Assembly (NCBI RefSeq): GCF_018350175.1
Contig: NC_058369.1
Coordinates: 23,624,001 to 23,688,000, forward strand
Reading direction: 5' to 3'
DNA length: 64,000 bases
Source: Felis catus
Lineage: Eukaryota
Shown here: one piece after another, positions 14,191-26,000 of the stretch
Numbering within the stretch: position 1 is the stretch's first letter
Layout of the letters: each line of letters begins with the position of its first letter
The notes under the pieces: model-generated
What the model was told of the DNA's origin: nothing
The model's database searches: none
The model's input: the letters and a program-made list of their open reading frames with translations, nothing else
Translations under genes and position numbers: made by a program

Positions 14191-14401
14191 ATTTTTTTAA
14201 CGTTTATTTATTTTTAAGACAGAGAGAGACAGAGCATGAATGGGGGAGGGCCAGAGAGAGAGGGAGACACAGAATCTGAAACAGGCTCCAGGCTCCGAGC
14301 TGTCAGCACGGAGCCCGACATGGGGCTCGAACTCATGGACCGTGAGATCAAGACCTGAGCTGAAGTCAGATGCTTAACCGACTGAGGCACCCAGGTACCC
14401 C
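14191..14401 (-). mobile_element. Can-SINE (SINEC_Fc-like)
   Basis: Full SINE body; TSD ctacctgtcccttca / ctacttgtcccttca (14175-14189, 14405-14419). Confidence 0.95.
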
Positions 14402-14823
14402 AGCCTACTTGTCCCTTCAGATCAGACTGGTCACAGAAAACAAGGGGGCTCAAGGAAGGGCAGGAGTAGATTTGGGGAGATTAGTCCAGGAGGCAGATGG
14501 TGATGGTTTGGTCTAGGGTGTCTTGTAGAGAAGGAGATAAACTCTATCCAACCTACAGTCACAGATTGAACATGAGGGTGAACAAGACTACTAGGTTGTA
14601 GGTCTGAAAACTCCGACGAATAACGGGCCCATCTGTAGTGGTAAAGAATATTTGAAAAAGAAAAAAAAAAGAGTATTTGGATGCAATCATTTCTCTCATG
14701 GAAATGCACTTTGTGAGTTACTCCACTGGAGGTGGATGCTGACCTATTTGGGAAGATCCTAATTTTCTTTTTGCCATTCACTATGAGATGATAGAGGAAG
14801 CAGGACCTTGGGGAGAGCACTTT

Positions 14824-15003
14824 TTTTTAATTTTTTTTATTTTTCAATATATGAAATTTATTGTCAAATTGGTTTCCATACAACACCCAGTGCTCATCCC
14901 AAAAGGTGCCCTCCTCAATACCCATCACCCACTCTCCCCTCCCTCCCGCCCCCCCATCAACCCTCAGTTTGTTCTCAGTTTTTAAGAGTTTCTTATGCTT
15001 TGG
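14824..15003 (-). mobile_element. Very short 5'-truncated carnivore/felid L1 3' end
   Basis: Poly-T, then caacacccagtgctcatccc...ccctcagtttgttctc (carnivore L1 3'UTR); 17 bp TSD with one mismatch at 14807-14823 and 15004-15020. Confidence 0.92.
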
Positions 15004-17469
15004 CTTGGAGAGAGCACTTTAGGGGCTGTGGCTCAGTATGGTTGAAGGGCCATTTCCATATCATGCATTCGAATGGCGAGTTATTTTCCAAAGTTCTCAT
15101 TTGCCTCTGCAGAACACTCACACACTGTTTCTCTTGCAACACCTAATGAAGACAGATTAGGCAAAGCAACTTAAAAACTTAACTTCTTCTATCTCTCTAA
15201 GTACCAGAAAAATTGAATGTTAGATTTATAATTATTGGGCATTTTGTTTGAGAGAGAAAGAAAAAGCTCATACACAGAGAACATTTTCATAAATCATGTC
15301 CATGATTAAAAAAATATGGTTCGAACAGACACAACTGTGTTTTACGCTGCATCTGTTTCACATACACAAATGTGTCAGGTTTACATAAACCACACTGATA
15401 CAGATGAAAAATAAGGGAAGAACAAGATAAAAATAGCTCTTACGGTATCAGTAACACATCTTTTATTATTATAATATATGATACCGTTGCAATCAATCAC
15501 GCCATTCTATTGCATTGACTGGTGACCTGAAGCCCCATGAAGGAAGAGCCAACATCTAGGAATTGATTCTGAACTTCAGCTGAAAAAAACAATCTCTGGG
15601 ATCATCTGTTAGGATGTCTGGCGACAATTCTGAAGATAGTGAACTGACACCATCTCATCCCCCCGCCCCGTTGTCAGGTCCTGGTTTCAGATTCACTCCT
15701 TTGCTCCCAGGGCACGAGTGGGAAGGGAAACAGGCTGTCCCTTTGCTGACACTGCCATAGACAGATCATCTATAACCGGAGCCACCCAACCAGCCACAGT
15801 AGCTTCCCAGGCCTGAAAGATAACACTGCTGATTTGCACTTTTAACAGCCCCCTCTCCTCCTGTCCCTGACTAGCCGAGCAGACGCACAGCTGGAAAACT
15901 CAACTCATTTTTTTCCTTCAGCTAAAACATTTAACTTCTATACTACAATTATAAAAATTGTTGAGGTCTCCAGGGAGGATTTTCTTTTTTTAATGCATGT
16001 AAACTTGACCCTAGTAAGTAAAACTCTGCTTTCTCATTCATTGACTAATGCATACTTTTTTTTCCCCTCGCAAACTTGTACTATTAAAGTTTCTCTCAAT
16101 GCTTTAGCTTCACTTTTTGGACCTTCACTGGCTCTGATCTTGAGGCCAATTGATCTGTAGATACTTCACTGCTCTGCCAAAGGCAATTCTATTGAAGGAG
16201 AAGGAGAAGAAGAAGAAGGGGCAATTCTATTTAACTTCTGATGCAAACATTTACCCCAGATATGATATTTCACCAAGTTCAATCTTCAGATCTTGAGGTT
16301 GCTTACAACTCTGCCTTCACCTTGCTATCCCAGTTGAAAGCATTTGGTATTTTATACATATGTATCAGAAGATTTTTTTTTTATTTGTGGAGAGTGACCT
16401 AGTGTGAACACGTATAGACGGTCTGTTTTAGGTTCTCTATTTATTTTGAGCTTTGTGTTTGTCAACTGCCCACTGAATTTTCCTGACAGACATGCGATAT
16501 TTCCCAGGCAAGAAAAGATCAGCCCTAGAACTCCTTTGCTCCTGGCTGGTCCCATTACCTCCAACCTTATTGTGTCTACCAAGGTAAGTCGAATAAGAAA
16601 TAGAAACAGTCCCATGGAGAAATGTACAGGAAGAAAACAAGAAGCCTTCTGGAAAATGCTCTCCTTGACTCCTGTCATTCCACAGTCTCACAGGGGATGC
16701 GTTCATCCTCTCTAAGGTGGTTGCTGACTCAAAAGAAGGTTGCTGCAGAGAAAAGTCCCTCCTGACCAAGCTGGTCTGGGCTTCCTATCAGTGCTTACAT
16801 ATTCCTTCCCCCACCAGGAGACCCGGGTCCTGGAGACAAGAGACTCTGTGCTGTCTTCTTTAGTGCTCCTCCTTTGTAACTGAATAAACATTTGGCAGTT
16901 AACTGGCAGAGATTTTTTCTTGGTTTTCCCCCTCTTAATACTTGTTCATCCATGGAAAATGTGGATAATAAATGCAAATGAAAAATGAAAAATTAACACT
17001 GAATCCCATTACCCACTGACAATTAACACATTGGTGTATTTTGTTTCTTTTTTCAACGCATAAACTTCTTTTGTTGTTGTATTATTTTAACACAGCTGTC
17101 ACTGTACTCCATGTACTATCTTATATCCTCAGTTTTCCTAACAGGAACATTTTCACACAATAAAATAGCACAAAGTAATTTTTTCCTCTGTTCCATGATA
17201 TGTCTGTAGCTATTTAATCGCACAGTGCCTAATGTGAGTTCAGAGCCACACCATCTGGTTCTGCACCACCAAGGAAAGGTCTGAGTTCACAATGGAGCAA
17301 GACAGGCCAATGAACTAAAAGTTTAAACCTGTTTCTTCAAGTCTTCTCCGACTTGTATACCTACCACCATCCCAATGCTCCCCTGGGAAAACAGAGAAGT
17401 CTTCAGTCTCAGAACATTCTGAGTTGCTGTCAGGTCCTCAAATACATAATACTCCTGACTCCTAGCTTC

Positions 17470-17822
17470 TAGGCTTTTGCACATTCTGTTCCCTCTGTTG
17501 GAAATGCTCTTCTCCCTCTTGACCCTCCAACCTTCATGGTAGCCCCAGTGGAACCTGAAAATTTCCTGTTCAACTCTTACGTCTCAAGTCAATTACCCCT
17601 CCCTCCAAGACAGGGATGGCTCCTTTCCCATGTACTTCCCACCATCGGCACCTTCCACACTAATTATAATGGACCACATTCCAGTCTTCCCTGACAAGGA
17701 AAGGACCATCTTGTCCTAGGAGACAAGGATCCTCTTTTTCTTGCCTACCACTAGAGTTTTTGCATGGTACTTCTACATGGTAGGCATTCAATAAAGTTGC
17801 TGAATAAATCTATGAATGAAAG
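17470..17822 (+). mobile_element. L2 3' fragment
   Basis: ggcttttgcacattctgttccctctg ... taggcattcaataaagttgctgaataaat L2 terminus. Confidence 0.7.
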
Positions 17823-18639
17823 CACAGTAATAAATAAAACAATAAAGTTGAAAAATTTTCAGAGTCATCTTGCTTGTCTAAGATGGCATGGTCAATGCAC
17901 GTTAGATGTCAAGGGATCCTTCCTAGACTCCTCTCCAGCCACTCCTCCTTCCTTGTAAAGCCAGATGGGAACTGATCACTTGGTGACTAGACCCATGATG
18001 ACCCACTCCTTGGGAAATTTCACCATTCAATGGCCTTTCCCCTCCTGACACCAAGGCCTCAGAGGTATGAAAAATATGGACTCACCCAAAAGAAGAGGGC
18101 TATCCTCTCTCAGAACTCATAACTGTGTATCGGGCTAATGATCTTCAACTCTGCTATGAAGAAACATTTATAGGCGGCCCCTTCAAAATCACAAAATCTA
18201 CTTTGCCAGACATTCCTGGTCAGGGAGGGAACTGGAGAATCTTTTCTACAGGGCTTTTACATTCTTTCAGTTCTGAAATATAATGCTTACAAAATTTTAA
18301 TTTCACCCCCAAATTCCTAAATCCCTGGAATGCAGGCCCGCTGGGCTGACTCCTCATGGCCAGTGATGGCCCATCAGTGAGAGCTTAGGCACCACCAGGT
18401 AAGGCTGCCGCCTCCATTACAACCATGGATGTTGTACTTGGATGGGGTGCTCTGGGAAGAGATTATACAACTCACTAAGGAAATAACCACACCTCTAATT
18501 CCTCAGACCCACAATGATCCACTTGGCAGAAGGACACCTACATGAGGAATTAGAGAAGGAAAGCTTTCCAATAGTCTGCGAAATTTATGAAAACCTAGTT
18601 CAATCCAAAAGGATCTCATAAATATAGTGACACACTTTT

Positions 18640-18641
<2 letters not shown>

Positions 18642-18678
<37 letters not shown>
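18642..18678. repeat. (CA)n microsatellite
   Basis: Perfect CA run. Confidence 0.97.
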
Positions 18679-18682
<4 letters not shown>

Positions 18683-19132
18683 CCCTCAAGCAAAGAGTAG
18701 AAAATGGCAAAATGAGTTTTTCTGGTTATTTTTACAAAATTTCTTACAAAGATGTAAAAATTAAATCCCATTACATTAAACTTAACGGGAGTTATCTTTA
18801 CTAAAAAGAAGAATATTATATGAAATCGGAAGACCTGAGGATACTCAGATAGTTACTACCCCTGGTACTGCATCCACCATGAGAAGCAGGAAAGGCATAA
18901 GAATCCAATATGAGAAGCAGGAAAAGGCCTTAGGTCCTATCCACTTAAAGGAAATACAAACATCATTAGATTCTTAACTCCCAATAATTCATTAATTCTC
19001 AATCAATTATGCATGCCACAAATGTCTTGACCTTCTGTATTGGCAAAGTTAATGCCCCACCACTGGAGACAGCCAGTATGCATAATGATTTTCCCTTAAC
19101 CTATAAGATAACTTTAGTCACGGGAAAAGGAG

Positions 19133-19303
19133 TGCCATGGATTGAATATTTGTGTCCCCTCCAAAATTCATATGTTGAAACTCTAACTCCCCAGCAGCCA
19201 TATTTGGAGATGGGACCTCTACAGGAAGCAGTTAAGGTTAAGTCAGATAGGATTGGTGTCCTTAGAGGATATTACAGCTTGCTCGTGCTCTCTGTTATTC
19301 TCA

Positions 19304-19345
<42 letters not shown>

Positions 19346-19460
19346 GCATAAATGCACAGAAAAAAAGGCTATGTGATCACTCAGCAACAAGGCAGCAGTC
19401 AACAAATCAGGAAGAGAGCTCCCTCTAGAAATTGAGCTTGCCAGCATCTTGATAATGAAC
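19133..19460 (+). mobile_element. MaLR solo LTR (MLT1A/B-like) with internal (TC)n
   Basis: tgccatggattgaatatttgtgtcccctccaaaattcatatgttgaaa start motif. Confidence 0.85.
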
Positions 19461-19539
19461 CGTGAAAAAGGAATTTTCACCCATTTGGGGTCATTTGTAT
19501 AATCAAACCATCGTTCTATTCCTAGGAGCTCATGGCACG

Positions 19540-19760
19540 GCAGTACTGCCTGGTGGTTAGAAACCTAGCCCTTGAAATAAGAAAACACAGATTTGGTTCC
19601 CAGCTCCACCTTTTGTTACCTGTGTGATGTTTGAAAGCCATTTTACTTCTGTGAGCCTCGGCTTTCTTATTGGCGAGACAATGGCATTATTAACAACAGT
19701 ACCCTCCCATGAGGGCTGCTGATGTGTTAAGTGAGATCACGTGTATGAAATGCCAGAATT
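19540..19760 (+). mobile_element. MIR
   Basis: ggttcccagctccacc...tgtgtgat...cttctgtgagcctcggctttctt core. Confidence 0.8.
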
Positions 19761-21349
19761 ATAATTCAGCTTCCAAACAGTGGCTTTGTTGATAAGCATC
19801 TTCTTGGAATTGATACTCAGTACATACAGAGGAGAACAGGTTTGCCTTAGCCACCTGATGTTCTCCCCCAAATTTAGGAGTGGTTGACATTTCCCGGCAA
19901 AAGATCTAGTCACAGTTCTTGAGCTAGAATGGAATAGACCTGAACATGGCTTCTCCAGAGATGACAAATTAGGAATAAAAAGAGACATGGCAAAGAGTTA
20001 TAAACCAACAAGGCTGCTGTCAGTGGGCCATGAACTCAGTGAGGACAGGGACTGGATTTGTTTTGCTCACCACTGTTTACGCAGTGGCTAGCAGAGTGCC
20101 TATCTCAAATAGGGCTTGGTCAAGATTTGTTGAGCAAAGGGGAAAAAAGACAAGCAAGTGGCTACTGACCGAATGCCAACTGGCAAGTCCTGGTCAGAGT
20201 CACATCATGGATAGTCTTCGCAATGCCACCAATGAAAAAGGAAAGGTTGAATGTCACCTTAGTTCACCATATCCGATTGACATTGATGGCGATGAGTGGC
20301 CTTGTATATTAGATCCTCATTTTTTTTTTTTTTGTTCTGACTGGGTGTGTGAAAAATAAAGCAACAAGGACTTTAATAAATAAACTCACTGCAAGTTTCA
20401 AAACTGACCACGACCCAGCATAATTGTCACTCACATGTTTTCACTTCTAATCATTTCCACTGGCTAATGCCTAAATAAAGGAGAACAAATATCTGGCACC
20501 CAAATGTTTTCAGAGCACACAGCAGGTATTTCTAATCCGTCATGACATTTTTTTCCCCTTGGCTTGGTCTCAGGCTATTCTCAACACGGCATTCCAGAGA
20601 GCCCCTGACAATCAACTGGAGCTGGCCTTTGAGGTGGAACCATTCTGCCTCTGCTCTAGATGGGTTTCCTTTCACATCATTGGAACAGTCATTTGTTAGT
20701 ATTCCTCCCAAGAACCCACTCTTCCTACCTATGGAAGGAAGCATCCTAATTTTCATTTGAGGACCCACTTTTTCTCTTCTCCTAATTTACTGTCAGCCAG
20801 GGACACTGACCCCACGCTTGGATCCAGAGTCACACACATGACCAGTTGGTTCGCTCCATTCCCCTGGCCATAGTGATTGGTTCAAGGTTGTACAAGGGAG
20901 CGCTGGCTGTTCTGTTATGCGCAACCAAGAGAATAAGACTTGAAGCAATGCCCATCTTGATGCATTCCTCCAACTCATCAATGTTACAGATCTCTAGAAA
21001 AGATCCCCCAGGCCATCTACCTTGCCAACCTTGCCTTGTCCTGTTCATCACTTCTTTGGAACTGAGGCGAGCACCAGCTAATGCAACAAAAGTCTTGGCA
21101 AAAGAGGTAGATGGGGCCTTACAGGGCCGAGAGACCACCTGGGCCTCTGAGGCTTGGACTTCCTTTCCATCCTCTTTGCCAAGTGAATGTCCCCAGTCCT
21201 GGGATGCTCACCATCTTCTTGAAGTATCATTTCCAAATCAGCCAGCTCTGATTATTCAGACTCAAACTTTCAGGAAGAGAGGGGCATGCTAAGCCTGAGC
21301 CTTTCATTCTGAACTACGCCCCTCAGCAAGCACTTGTTCGCCCACTTAT

Positions 21350-21690
21350 TTCCTCACTCAGTCACTTCTTCGTACGGTCAGTAAATATTTTTCAGCAGTT
21401 TCCACGCGTCAGGCACTGGTCCAGGTATTTGGGAGACATGAGTGAACAAAACACACAAAGCCCCTGACTCATGGAGCTCACATTCTAAGAGACAGAAGAC
21501 AGGCGATCAACAATAAACATAACCATTAGAAAGTGACAGGTACCACAGGAGAAAACAGAGCAGGTGAAGAATGACCGAGGGCCCAGTTTTACCACCGTTA
21601 AACCGTGGTCGAGGTGGGCCTAGCTGGTGCCGGGACACTGGCCTCTGACGTGAAAGAGGCCAGCAGTGACCCGTGCGCAAAGTTAGGGGT
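21350..21690 (-). mobile_element. L2 3' fragment
   Basis: taaatatttt...gtcaggcactggtccagg...gtgaacaaaac...cccctgactcatggagctcacattcta. Confidence 0.75.
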
Positions 21691-21914
21691 CCTGTGACCA
21701 ATGTATTAAAGTTGCTTCCCAAGCTCTCAAACTTCTGAGTGACTTACTCCGCTTCCAACCACCTGTGTTTGTTGGTAGCTGGGGGCTATGTCTATACACA
21801 AACCAGTTTGACTGAATTTCTTTCTATTTTTTGTTTGTTTTAAGTGTTTGGGTGGTGAAGGGTGGAGAGCTGTCCAATTTTGGCAGTGAGAAGTGGAGTA
21901 ATGTTGGTGGGAGG

Positions 21915-22570
21915 TAGGCCGACCTCACAGTTTGCTCACGCACCACCCTCCCCCCCCACCCCCACCCCGGGGACTCGACTCCATAAATGTCTGGGAACCT
22001 GAGTTGGGACTCTGACAAATGCGTGAGCCACAGCAAACACCTGACAGGAATTCTTCTTCTTAGTAGCAACTGGAGATGCCGCCTCTGCCAGGGCTGGCGA
22101 CCCGCTGACCCTGGTGTCCTGGGCCTGGGGAGCGGCCACTGGGAGGTGGCCTCCTTGGCCCGGTGCCGCCCCAGAGGGGAGGCCCTGTGAGCCGGCCGCC
22201 CTTCCCATATGTGTTTGGGCTTTCTCGTTCCTGACCTGTCCTCCCACCGGCCCTACTGCTTGACTGAGATTTATGTGCCGGCGTCACGCTCACCCTGGAG
22301 CCTTTGAGGAAAACATAAAACAAATCCCAAGGATTTGGGAGGGAGGGGCCCATCATCAGTTACTGTGAGGGAAGTCAGAGGCAGCTGCACATAACCTCCA
22401 CCAGTTCAAGGTGCACCCTGAGGCTGGAGCCCAAATCCCTTCGCTGCCAAAGCTGGCCGGGCCGCCTGCCTGAGCCCAGTCCCGGGGTTGGCTCGAGTGT
22501 TTCCCCGTGAGAGGCTAACTCGAGGGCTGCACACCCCTCCCAGGTGAAGCCCTCTGTGTGTCCGGTGAGG
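21915..22570. promoter_or_regulatory. GC/CpG-enriched unique segment (weak CpG-island-like promoter or enhancer candidate)
   Basis: About 26 CpGs counted by eye in ~650 bp of non-repeat DNA, far above the flanks; includes a CRE half-site (cgtca) and an RFX-like half-site (tagcaac). Confidence 0.45.
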
Positions 22571-22860
22571 GTCTGGGCAGGGCTACAGGCTCAGGAGGTG
22601 GGGCAGGAAATACCAGGGGTCAGGACTGGACCTCCAGCCTCGGGGAGGCAGAGTTACAATGAGCCCTGCTTCTTACCTGCGTGACCATGGGCTAGTTCAT
22701 CACTTCTGCATTAACTCACCTGTGAAGGGGGTAATGATGGTGCCAAGCTTATCTGGTTATAGACAGAACAAAGGGTCTAAAGCTTATCAAGTCCTTCATG
22801 CCATTCATGGCATATAAGCGGCACTAAAAATATCAGCTACCAGCATTATAAATGATATTC

Positions 22861-23060
22861 TTTTTTTAAACGTTTACTTACTTTTGGGAGACAGTGTATG
22901 AGTGAGGGAGGGGCAGAGAGAGAGAGGGAGACACGGAATCTGAAGCAGGCTTCAGGCTCCGGGCTGTCAGCACAGAGCCTGACGCAGGGCTTGAACCTAC
23001 AAGCCACAAGATCGTGAGCTGAAGTCGGACACTTAACAGACTGAGCCACCCAGGCGCCCC
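22861..23060 (-). mobile_element. Can-SINE (SINEC_Fc-like)
   Basis: Full body ending caggcgcccc; flanked by tgatattctt on both sides. Confidence 0.95.
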
Positions 23061-23069
23061 TTGATATTC

Positions 23070-23301
23070 TTTTTTTTTTTTTTTAATTTTTTTTTCAACA
23101 TTTTTTATTTATTTTTGGGACAGAGAGAGACAGAGCATGAACGGGGGAGGGGCAGAGAGAGAGGGAGACACAGAGTCGGAAACAGGCTCCAGGCTCCGAG
23201 CCATCAGCCCAGAGCCTGACGCGGGGCTCGAACTCACGGACCGCGAGATCGCGACCTGGCTGAAGTCGGACGCTTAACCGACCACGCCACCCAGGTGCCC
23301 C
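23070..23301 (-). mobile_element. Young SINEC_Fc copy
   Basis: CpG-rich body with ccatcagcccagag and gacctggctgaag diagnostics; long poly-T. Confidence 0.96.
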
Positions 23302-23759
23302 AATATTCTTGATATAACAACACACACGCACACACACACACACACACTCACGCACCACTGCCTAGAACCTGTAGGCTCTCCCCATCTCTGAAAGTTTTTC
23401 ACAAGAGCAGTCCCCCTGAAAATATGACGAACCAAGTCCTCCATTTTAGTACTTTATCCTTATTCAATGACTTCAAGGGGGGAAGCAATTTGTATGACTG
23501 TGCTCACTGCCATCAGGCAACTAACCTGTCTCTTTATGGAGAACATAAACCATGCACATTGGCACCGGCCCAAAGCCGGGGAGAAAGCAAGCTGTAAAAA
23601 CAGAATCTTTAATGGTTATATTCCCCTGGTCTTTCAGATTATGACCTAGTCCTCACTTCAGCACCCCGGACACATAGAGTCTTTCACCAAGGCCAGTGGG
23701 AGGCATCTGTTCCATCGAGAGCTAAATCCTGTAGGACCACACTCAGGACTGTGGGGTCA

Positions 23760-23880
23760 CAACACATTCAGATACAGTCAGACAGACACACACGGTCACA
23801 CAAATACACACACGGACATGCAGAGACACAGACACACAATCACAGACGTGCACACACACACAGACACATGCAAACATTCA
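23760..23880. repeat. Degenerate (CA)-rich low-complexity tract
   Basis: Imperfect cacaca/cagaca repeats. Confidence 0.75.
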
Positions 23881-24225
23881 CATAAGCAAACACAACTAAC
23901 AAATCTAAACACTTAACACCTAAGTACTTAACAACTCACCTCAATCCAAATCATCACTTCGATTAGGGAATTATTGTTCCCTGTAAACACATGCAGAAAC
24001 CGGAACTCTGTAAAATCAAGCAACTGCACAACATGCCCCAGCTGGGAATCTGAACTCAGCTCTGTCTGTTTCTCAAGCCTATGTTCTTTCTTATGCATGA
24101 CACAGTCTCTCTACAAATATTCTACACACGTTGTCCTGGATATCTGTCAGAACCCACTAAAAGTTGTCAGCTCAGGTCTGGTTTGTAGTCTAGCTGCAGA
24201 GGGAGGGTAAAGGCAGGCGATCGAG

Positions 24226-24412
24226 TGGTGGTGCTCAATTGGGAGTGATTTTGCCCTCCAGGGGATCTCTGGAGGCATTTTGGTTTGTCACAATCAAGGC
24301 AAGGAGATGCTACTAGCATCTAGTAAGTAGAAGCCAGGGACAGTGTTGAACGTCCTACAACGCACAGGGCAGGGAATTACTCCATCCCAAATGTGCTGAG
24401 GTTGAGAACCTG
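24226..24412. mobile_element. MER20-like hAT-Charlie element
   Basis: gtgattttgccctccagggg...tgctactagcatctagtaagtagaagccaggga...gctgaggttgagaacc. Confidence 0.85.
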
Positions 24413-24963
24413 AGAGTAAGAGAGAGATGCCACCCAGTCTGCAAGTGAGGTCAAGAGCTCTCCTGTGCACACTCCTAGCTGGGCTCAGCTTACAATCCTT
24501 CTCCCGCCTGGAATGAGCTGCTCACTTTGTTCCCAGAGTTGTGGCATCCTCCATAAACTCTGGGACCCATGTTATTGTTTTGTTAAGGAAATCTTTCAAG
24601 TAATTACTCACTTTCTCTTTCTTTTTCCTAAGGTAAAATTAGAATCTCTTCTGGGATGAGCAGATCCATAGGGCTATCATTTTTTATACTCTCCCCAAAG
24701 TCTTCTGACTTTATGCTAGAAAGTGTATTTTGATGCCAACCAAGAATAATAGCACTTAGGGAACATAAACCACCTTTTGCTACTCAAAATGTACCTTTTG
24801 TGTTTTATTTGTTTGAATAATTTTCTCCAATTAATTTACAAGCATGTGAACACTCATATAGGCCAAGGGATCCTCTCCCAACCAGGAAGATGTTTGAGTA
24901 GCCCCACAAAGTCTGCAGATCATCTCAGGCTAATACTATTACTAGATAAAAGTTAAGCAATTA

Positions 24964-25501
24964 TGTTATCAGCGTTCTCCAGAGAAACGGGACCAATAGG
25001 ATATAGATAGCTAGAGCTAGAACTAGAGACAGAGACAGAGATAGAGAGATAGAGACAGAGATAGAGATAAAGATTTATTATAGGAATTGGCTCACATGAT
25101 CATGGAAGCTGAGAAGTCCTAGTACCTGTTGTCTGCCAAGTGGAGAACCAGAAAAGCTAGTGGTATAATTTGTCCAAATTCAAAGGCCTGAGAAGCAGGG
25201 GCTCATGGTATAAGTCCCAGTCTGAGTCTGAAGGCCAGAGAACCAGGAGAGCAGATGTCCAAGGGCAGAAGAAAGTGGATGTTCCAGCTCAAGTTAAGAG
25301 AAAATTTGCCTTTCCTCTGTTTGTTCTATTCAAGCCCTCAATGGATAATATGGTGCCCACCTGCATCGATGAGGGTGACCTTCCTTATTCAGTCTACCAA
25401 TACAGATGCTTATCTCTTCCAGACATACCCAGAAATAATGTTTTACCAGCTACTGGGCACCTCTTAACACAGTCAAGTTGGCACATCAAATTAACCATCA
25501 T
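24964..25501 (-). mobile_element. ERVL solo LTR (MLT2B-like)
   Basis: gttctccagagaaac...agatttattataggaattggctcacatgat...caagttggcacatcaaattaaccatca. Confidence 0.88.
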
Positions 25502-25559
25502 AGCAATTAATCACTGACAAAATTCCTAAGAATGGGGATCATATGGCCATTGATTAGAA

Positions 25560-26000
25560 TATAGGGATAGTTTGGTCAAAACATGTCATAACTCTCTCAG
25601 CCATGGTTTGATTGAGTCATGAAACTGAAAAGACCAGAGGAGCGATGACTTCGGGCATGGCTGGATCCAGGTGCTCAGAAAACATCAGCAAGATCTGTCG
25701 TCTCTCAATTTATCTGCCCTAATTCCTCTGTGTTGGCTCCATTCTCACAAAGATTTTACCCTCAGGGTAGCAAGATGGCCACTCCAGCTTCTGCCTATAT
25801 CCTGGTAGAGTATGGTTCAGTGGGAAATAGGTTGGGCCTCCTTTCTGACATTCCCAACAAAAGTCTCAGTGTGTTTCTTATTGAATCATATGTCCATGCC
25901 AACCACTGAAGCCACGGGACATGACACGCCACTTGGCTAGGGCCTGTCGGTGCTGTCCAAGTGAGTGATGGGGAAAAGAAGGTGGATAATGCCATCCAAA
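25560..26000 (-). mobile_element. Old MaLR LTR fragment (MLT1K-like)
   Basis: cttcgggcatggctggatccaggtgctca and caagatggcc motifs. Confidence 0.6.

Noticed and set aside
16508..16583. Plus-strand exon-like segment ending AAG|GTAAGT
   Set aside because: Isolated, with an unrecognised peptide and no partner exons giving a coherent frame.
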